Source: Edaphocola sp.
Lineage (GTDB): Bacteria; Bacteroidota; Bacteroidia; Chitinophagales; Chitinophagaceae
Direction of reading: 5' to 3'
Assembly: GCA_035304405.1 (NCBI GenBank)
Contig: DATGQB010000150.1
Span: 1-34,182, forward strand
Length of the DNA stretch: 34,182 nucleotides
Of the stretch, positions 28,501 to 34,182 are shown piece by piece. The translations under genes were made by a program, and so were the position numbers. Numbering within the stretch: position 1 is the first letter of the stretch; each line of letters opens with the position of its first letter. The notes below the pieces were generated by a model. That model searched no databases. It had not been told where the DNA came from and was given only the letters and a program-made list of their open reading frames with translations.

Positions 28501-30162
28501 CTAAAAAGGTACATCCCCATCGTCGAATGATGGCGGTGGAAAGCCCTTCGTTGGGCCGCCTAAACTATCGTCATCATCGTCAAAATCAGTGAAGTTGTTC
28601 ATTTTCGAGCCCAGTGTCTTGAACGAGGCGCCGGCACCATCTTGCATGTAGATTCCGGAGTTGGCTCCAAAACCGTCCGCTGAAGGGGGCATTGGGCCAA
28701 AACCTTGCGCTCCTGAACTGAAGTCGTTCCAATTGTCTTGTTGGGGCAATTCTACAAATTTCTGAATTTCGAGTTTAGCTTGCAGGCGCACATTATCCAA
28801 TCTACCATTTCTGTGCTTCGCGATATTGATATGCGTTTCTCCTTTTACACTTTCTCCATTTTCATCGTTGGTGATACCGTGATACTCCGGTCTGTAAATA
28901 AACAGTACCATATCGGCATCCTGCTCGATGGCTCCGGATTCCCTCAAGTCACTCAATTGTGGAATTTTCCCTTTGTCTCCGGCCCGGGTTTCCACGGCAC
29001 GGCTCAACTGGGATAGGGCAATGATGGGAATATTCAACTCCTTTGCCAATCCCTTCAGCTCTCTGGAGATTTTAGAGATTTCTTGCTCCCTGTTGCCCGC
29101 TTTGGCTTCAGGGCCTGCATTCATCAATTGTAAGTAATCGATGATTACCATCTGAATATCGTGCTTTACTTTAAGCCTTCTACATTTAGCCCGGAGCTCA
29201 AATATATTCAGTCCGGCCTGGTCATCCAGGAAGATAGGTGCATTTACCAGCTTGTCCATTCGCTCGGTAAGCTGTATCATTTCATGGTCTTCCATCTTAC
29301 CCCGGCTGATGCCTTCGAGTTTTACCTCCGTAACCATGCTGAGCAACCTTTTTACCAACTGTGTATTGCCCATCTCCAAGGAGAATACTGCCACACCCAT
29401 TGGTTTGTCGGGGTTAAGTGCAGCGTTCACAGCAAGGTTGAGTGCGAAAGCTGTTTTACCCACAGCCGGACGGGCAGCAAGGATGATAAGGTCCGTTTTC
29501 TGCCAGCCACCGGTAATAGCATCAAGAGTGGGGAACCCTGAAGGCACACCTGTTAGATCATCTTTTTGCTTTCTGGCTTCTTCAATTTCATCCAAAGTGC
29601 GTACCAATATATCTTTGATGGACTCAGAATCTTTTTTAAGGTAACTGTTGCCAATATCAAACAGCTCTTGCTCTGCTTTGTCAAGCAGTTCAAACACATC
29701 TGATTTGTCTTCAAAAGCGTCAGAAACAATTTCCCCTCCGATGCGTATGAGTTCGCGCTGAATATACTTCTGCATGACCACACGCGCGTGGGTAATCACG
29801 TGAGCGGATGTAATAACAGACTGTGTGATTTTGGTAAGGGCATAAGCGCCACCAATTTCTTCCAGCTCGCCGGTACGGCGTAGCTCCTCCATTACCGTGA
29901 GCAGGTCTATCTCCATTTTCTTATCCTGCAAGCGCTGAATGGCGGCGTAGATGCGTTGATGCGCACCTACATAAAAGCATTCCGGCTTAGGCAAAATTTC
30001 CATGACATCAGAAAGCTTGTCTTTTTCGAGCAAGATGGCGCCCAGCACAGCTTCTTCAATCTCCCTAGCTTGAGGGGGTACTTTGCCATAAATAGCAGGT
30101 GATAAGTCATTAGTCCTGTTCTTTCGGCCAGAGGTAAGATTCTTAGTAACGTTCAAGTCCAT
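28501..30162 (-). CDS. dnaB: Replicative DNA helicase
   Basis: PPQA..E..VLG, LAARPAVGKT, FSLEM, IDYLQL, LSQLSR, LSDLRESGAIEQDAD and AKHRNG motifs; no intein. Confidence 0.98.
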   Translation of the reverse strand: MDLNVTKNLTSGRKNRTNDLSPAIYGKVPPQAREIEEAVLGAILLEKDKLSDVMEILPKPECFYVGAHQRIYAAIQRLQDKKMEIDLLTVMEELRRTGELEEIGGAYALTKITQSVITSAHVITHARVVMQKYIQRELIRIGGEIVSDAFEDKSDVFELLDKAEQELFDIGNSYLKKDSESIKDILVRTLDEIEEARKQKDDLTGVPSGFPTLDAITGGWQKTDLIILAARPAVGKTAFALNLAVNAALNPDKPMGVAVFSLEMGNTQLVKRLLSMVTEVKLEGISRGKMEDHEMIQLTERMDKLVNAPIFLDDQAGLNIFELRAKCRRLKVKHDIQMVIIDYLQLMNAGPEAKAGNREQEISKISRELKGLAKELNIPIIALSQLSRAVETRAGDKGKIPQLSDLRESGAIEQDADMVLFIYRPEYHGITNDENGESVKGETHINIAKHRNGRLDNVRLQAKLEIQKFVELPQQDNWNDFSSGAQGFGPMPPSADGFGANSGIYMQDGAGASFKTLGSKMNNFTDFDDDDDSLGGPTKGFPPPSFDDGDVPF

Positions 30163-30251
30163 GATTCCAAAAATATATTTATATCACCAAAGTGGGACAG
30201 CGAAGTTACGCCATATTAGCCATCCCCGGCATCAAATCCTTTTACAGTTTT

Positions 30252-30406
30252 TTTCTCACAATTTATATACCAATGCACATTTGTCAGCCGTAGCTGCAAT
30301 TTATTCAGTGAGTTATAAACATTGCAAGGGACTTTTGCACAGGTATCCCCATTAGTTTCCACATTATCACAGCTTTGCACAGATTATCTCAACATCTGTT
30401 GAATAT
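30252..30406. promoter_or_regulatory. Cluster of DnaA-box-like 9-mers between divergent dnaB and rpe
   Basis: Against TTWTNCACA: exact TTTTGCACA 30333; one mismatch at 30252, 30313, 30355 and 30373; two mismatches at 30263, 30271, 30301, 30343, 30363 and reverse 30398. Confidence 0.65.
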
Positions 30407-30468
30407 TCAAACTTTGTTAAATATCGGTTGCCAGTCTAGATATCCTTTTTGAATGTGGGGAATGGGCT

Positions 30469-30476
30469 TAACTTTG
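30469..30476 (+). promoter_or_regulatory. -7 promoter box (TAACTTTG) for rpe
   Basis: Exact TAnnTTTG 35 nt upstream of the ATG. Confidence 0.6.
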
Positions 30477-30511
30477 TCTGCAAATATTAAACTGCAAAAC
30501 ATTATAGAACA

Positions 30512-31159
30512 ATGGCTTTAATTGCTCCTTCAATTCTTTCTGCAAATTTTCTACGTTTATCTGAGGATATTCAAATGGTAAACCAATCTCAGGCAGACTG
30601 GTTTCATCTGGACGTGATGGACGGGCGATTTGTACCCAATATTAGCTTTGGCATGGGTATTATCCAGGCTATTGCATCAGAGGCTCAAAAAACACTGGAT
30701 GTACATCTGATGATTGTGGAGCCCGAAAAATATATTACTGCCTTTGCAAAAGCAGGAGCGCATAATCTTACGGTACATTTAGAAGCTAGCACACATCTAC
30801 ATCGTACTGTGCAGATGATTAAATCTGAAGGAATGAATGCGGGTGTAGCTATTAATCCGCATACACCGGTACATTTGCTGGAAGATATTATTGCTGAGCT
30901 TGATTTGGTATGTCTGATGAGTGTAAATCCGGGTTTTGGCGGACAAAAATTTATCCCTCATACTATCAAGAAAATACAATCCCTGAGACAATTGATTGAG
31001 CAGACCGGAAGCAAGGCGCTTATTGAAATAGATGGGGGTGTCACATTAGAAAATGCTGCGGACATTATCGCTGCAGGAGCCGACGTATTAGTTGCCGGCA
31101 ATACTGTGTTCGGCGCCGCTATACCTGCTGAAACCATAGCAGCATTGAAAAGTATTTAA
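30512..31159 (+). CDS. rpe: Ribulose-phosphate 3-epimerase
   Basis: IAPSILSA, HLDVMDG.FVPN, DVHLMI, MSVNPGFGGQ and IDGG motifs. Confidence 0.97.
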   Translation: MALIAPSILSANFLRLSEDIQMVNQSQADWFHLDVMDGRFVPNISFGMGIIQAIASEAQKTLDVHLMIVEPEKYITAFAKAGAHNLTVHLEASTHLHRTVQMIKSEGMNAGVAINPHTPVHLLEDIIAELDLVCLMSVNPGFGGQKFIPHTIKKIQSLRQLIEQTGSKALIEIDGGVTLENAADIIAAGADVLVAGNTVFGAAIPAETIAALKSI

Positions 31160-31519
31160 TCTTCTTTTGCTAAACCCAGCAAGACCGAGAAGGCATAATT
31201 ATTTTATGTATCGATTTGCATAAAGTTAAGTTATTTAAGGTGTGAACAAATAAAGAAAAAAATTATAGTCAAATAAGTTTTGTAATTATAGGAAATTAAT
31301 CTTTTTATCCTACATTTGGCAAAGATAAATTAATGGTTGGTGGTATTTTGGCGATGAAGTTAACAGGACAAGCAATCTTTATATCAAAGAATTTTTTCGT
31401 TTGATTGCTTTGAGTAATTTTGCCTACTTTTTTGTTAACCCAATCGTCGGCCGCAGACATATTTTGTAACACCTAAATAATTGTTTGTCATGATGGTTGC
31501 GCAATTAAATGAAAATAAA

Positions 31520-31786
31520 ATGAAGGCCACAATGATTCAAAAGGAGGAGATAGGTAATTATTTGATAGTACCTGCTCCTGTAGATCGCTCAGAAGAATTA
31601 AGAAAGGAACTGGAATACGCCGTGAGATTAGGAAACGAATACAAGGGGAAGACGATTATCACATTCCAAACTGCTGATGGTCCAGTAACGGTTGAGACTA
31701 CGGTATGGTCTGTGACCGAAAAAAGCATTCAGCTTAAAGGGGGTATCGTCATTCCTTTGGCCAGCATTATTATGGTGTCCTTTTAA
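31520..31786 (+). CDS. Small hypothetical protein (Bacteroidota-type LGN..K.K..I.F.T..G...VETTVW family)
   Basis: Clean ORF with an A-rich leader before ATG 31520 and a terminator after it; function unknown. Confidence 0.75.
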   Translation: MKATMIQKEEIGNYLIVPAPVDRSEELRKELEYAVRLGNEYKGKTIITFQTADGPVTVETTVWSVTEKSIQLKGGIVIPLASIIMVSF

Positions 31787-31809
31787 ATTTAGATTTTTAA
31801 ACTTTTTAC

Positions 31810-31842
31810 AAGGGTAATTTCTGCAATAGAAATTATCCTTTT
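31810..31842 (+). terminator. Terminator after the small hypothetical gene
   Basis: AAGGGTAATTTCTG-caa-TAGAAATTATCCTTTT. Confidence 0.65.
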
Positions 31843-31853
31843 ATTTTTGTGCC

Positions 31854-32981
31854 ATGAGGATTGCGGTTAATACTAGATTATTGTTGAAAGGCAAGCTGGA
31901 GGGAATTGGCTGGTATATACACGAAACGCTAAAGAGGATGGTCAAAGCGCATCCTGAGCATCAATTCTTTTTCTTTTTTGATAGACCCTTCGACAATCAG
32001 TTTGTATTTGCGGAGAATGTACAGCCGGTTGTATTGGGGCCTCAGGCCAGACACCCTTTTTTGTATCTCGCCTGGTTTGAATGGTCTGTAGCTAACGCAT
32101 TACGAAAGTATAAAATCGACGTATTCTTATCGCCCGACAATTTCTCAAGTCTGCGCACCAAGGTGCCTACCTGCCTGGTAATTCATGACCTTGCCTTTGA
32201 GCATTATCCTCAATATATCGGCCGTTTAGATCGTTGGCATTACCGCAAATATGTGCCCAAGTTTGCACTTAAGGCCAATCGTATCGTTGCCGTTTCTGAA
32301 TTTACCAAAAAGGATATTATTGAGCGATATCATGTGCCCCAAGATAAAATAGACGTCATTTACAATGGCGCACACGAGGCCTACAAGCCTATTGCTTACG
32401 AGGAAAAACTAGCGGTTAGGAATAAATATACAGAGGGTAGGCAGTATTTTTTATACACTGGTTCGCTGCATCCTAGAAAAAACGTTATCAATCTGCTGAA
32501 AGCTTTTGTGAAGTTTAAGCGCAGGCAGCGTAGCCCAATGAAACTTGTTATTGTAGGCAGAATGGCCTGGATGGCAGATGATATAAAGGAAGCCAAAGAG
32601 AAGATGCCTTTTAAAGAAGAAGTCATCTGGCTGGGATATCAGGATATAGACGAGCTGAGCAAGATTACCGCCGCGGCCTATGCATTGGTGTATCCTTCAT
32701 TGTTTGAAGGTTTTGGCATCCCTATATTAGAAGCCCTTAAATCGGGTGTGCCCGTGATTACTTCTAACACTTCTTCCATGCCTGAGGTTGTAGGAGATGC
32801 CGGCTTGCTAGTAGAACCTGGGGATGTAGAATCGATAGCCGCTGCATTGGAACGCATGTATAAAGATGAAAACGGACGTGCTGCCTTCATCAAAGCAGCG
32901 GAGATACAAGCTCAAAAGTTTAGCTGGGATGTTAGTGCTCAGGCATTGTATGCTTCCTTAATGAAGTGTGTAAATCAGTAG
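31854..32981 (+). CDS. GT4-family (GT-B) glycosyltransferase
   Basis: IHDL, AVSEFTK.DI, G.L.PRKN and YPSLFEGFGIPILEA..G.PVI.SN..S.PEV motifs. Confidence 0.93.
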   Translation: MRIAVNTRLLLKGKLEGIGWYIHETLKRMVKAHPEHQFFFFFDRPFDNQFVFAENVQPVVLGPQARHPFLYLAWFEWSVANALRKYKIDVFLSPDNFSSLRTKVPTCLVIHDLAFEHYPQYIGRLDRWHYRKYVPKFALKANRIVAVSEFTKKDIIERYHVPQDKIDVIYNGAHEAYKPIAYEEKLAVRNKYTEGRQYFLYTGSLHPRKNVINLLKAFVKFKRRQRSPMKLVIVGRMAWMADDIKEAKEKMPFKEEVIWLGYQDIDELSKITAAAYALVYPSLFEGFGIPILEALKSGVPVITSNTSSMPEVVGDAGLLVEPGDVESIAAALERMYKDENGRAAFIKAAEIQAQKFSWDVSAQALYASLMKCVNQ

Positions 32982-32983
32982 TT

Positions 32984-33337
32984 ATGGCTAACTGGTCTAA
33001 AGGTAGAATGGGAGAGGCTGCGGCATTGCAATATCTTGAGGGCAAAGGTCATCAGATACTGCATACCAATTATCGCGTAGAACGAAAGGAGGTGGATATA
33101 GTCTCGCTTGATGGTGATATTTTAGTATTCACAGAGGTGAAAACCCGGGCCAATTTTGATTTTGGCTATCCTGAGTCTGCTGTGGACGAGCGCAAGCAAG
33201 AACATGTCAAATTTGTGGCAGCAGCTTATCTGCTAGACCATCCCCAATACGAAAAAATACGCTTTGATACTATTGCTATTCTGATTCAAGGAAGTGGGGT
33301 AAAGGAAATTGTGCATTGGGAAGATGCATTTTACTAA
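32984..33337 (+). CDS. yraN: YraN / UPF0102 family protein
   Basis: G..GE..A..YL..KG..IL..NYR....EVDIV....LVF.EVKTR......P..AV...KQ...RFD. Start at ATG 32984. Confidence 0.9.
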   Translation: MANWSKGRMGEAAALQYLEGKGHQILHTNYRVERKEVDIVSLDGDILVFTEVKTRANFDFGYPESAVDERKQEHVKFVAAAYLLDHPQYEKIRFDTIAILIQGSGVKEIVHWEDAFY

Positions 33338-33464
33338 AGTGTATCAGGCTTTATGGGGAAAATATTAAGAACCCGCTATTTTCCATATGTACATTGATGA
33401 ACTTTTAATCAATGCACCATATTTATTCTACATTTATAAGATTGAAAATCGGATTCTGGGGCAG

Positions 33465-34063
33465 CTATTGAATGATTTGAGCAGAGAAATTATTGTCAAA
33501 AATCTCGAGTAATATGGGCTGGTGAGCAGTATCAATATATCCGGCTAAGGTTTCACGAAAGGCCGGCGCCACCTAAGGGCAGCCATCGCTCTGACAAAAA
33601 GGATAGGGGTGAACAGGTGTCTTAGGTACACAGTCATGCGAATGCAAGAATACATAACGCTCAAGGGGATTGCTATTGCTTGTATCCAAGCCGTGTAACA
33701 TGTAGGCCAGACCAAAATTGCCGTAATACTTCGCACCAATTTTATACCTACCTAGAGAGTTGCACCCGCCGCCTACTGCATTGTTGTACCTCCTGCCCTT
33801 AAGGGCCATCTCATTGCAACGGCCACGGGTAACTAAGGCCTGATGTATGATTTCCTTCGAGGGTTTTCATATACAAAAAAGCGATATTTGCCGGAGGCAA
33901 TTGCCATATCTATAACAAAAAAGTATTGGTATTGAACTTTTTTTTCCAGAGCATAGGAGTGCAAGGCCATAGCCCGCATGCGAATTTGTTCATGCTCCGA
34001 GGAGGGCAGGATGACGGGGTCTGCATCGGCACTGCCATAACCTATTTAACCCAGATTACGCAT
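33465..34063 (-). pseudogene. Disrupted murein L,D-transpeptidase (YkuD_2-like)
   Basis: Manual translation: MRNLG*IGY...FVIDMAIASGKYRFFVYE [frameshift near 33860] KEIIHQALVTRGRC...SLGRYKIG..Y.G.FGLAY.LHGLD.SNSN..ERYVFLHS...QSDGCP*VAPAF..LAGYI...PILLEIF. Two in-frame stops and one frameshift. Confidence 0.8.
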
Positions 34064-34182
34064 TAGACTCTTTATATAAAATTATTCTTGCTTCTAATCC
34101 ACTTCAATAGCTCAAAAACCATAATTTATTATGCTTTTTTCACTATTTTGTGGATTATTTGCCATAATAATTTTCTTTTAAA

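Noticed and set aside
28501-30162. Intein or intron in dnaB associated with the HNH gene
   Set aside because: Helicase motifs are contiguous with no splice-junction residues. The extra length is terminal, and the HNH ORF is free-standing.
33573-33575. TAG read-through (pyrrolysine or recoding) in the transpeptidase
   Set aside because: The gene also has a frameshift and a TAA, and several intact genes here end in TAG.
1-34182. CRISPR array, tRNA/rRNA, IS elements, prophage or defence island
   Set aside because: No regularly spaced repeats, cloverleafs, transposase, integrase or phage structural genes were seen by eye.

Overview
Core-chromosome segment of a Bacteroidota bacterium. Protein style (long S16 tail, DnaB N-terminal extension, PorU/PorV) and TAnnTTTG promoter boxes suggest Chitinophagaceae; this is an inference. 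It holds about 28 coding regions: EamA transporter (partial), truncated globin, rplY, prs, SatD-like, cupin, DUF1835, TPR, ppa, UbiA-like, rimO, ahcY, cytochrome c lipoprotein, amidase, lptD, rpsP, rimM, an ABC-2 pair, porU-porV (T9SS), yajQ, lysine-ketoglutarate reductase-like, NUMOD4-HNH, dnaB, rpe, a hypothetical, GT4, yraN and a decayed L,D-transpeptidase. I saw no tRNA, rRNA, CRISPR array, transposase or prophage. The most interesting part is 27.8-30.4 kb, which has three features: a dense co-oriented DnaA-box-like array upstream of dnaB, a DnaB ending in an SSB-like acidic tip (DDGDVPF), and an adjacent homing-endonuclease-derived NUMOD4-HNH-HTH gene whose metal ligands look lost. Other leads are a structured rplY leader, a Flavo-1-like structured element after porV, and a SatD protein with substituted acidic motifs. 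All family calls come from motif recognition; no database search was run.
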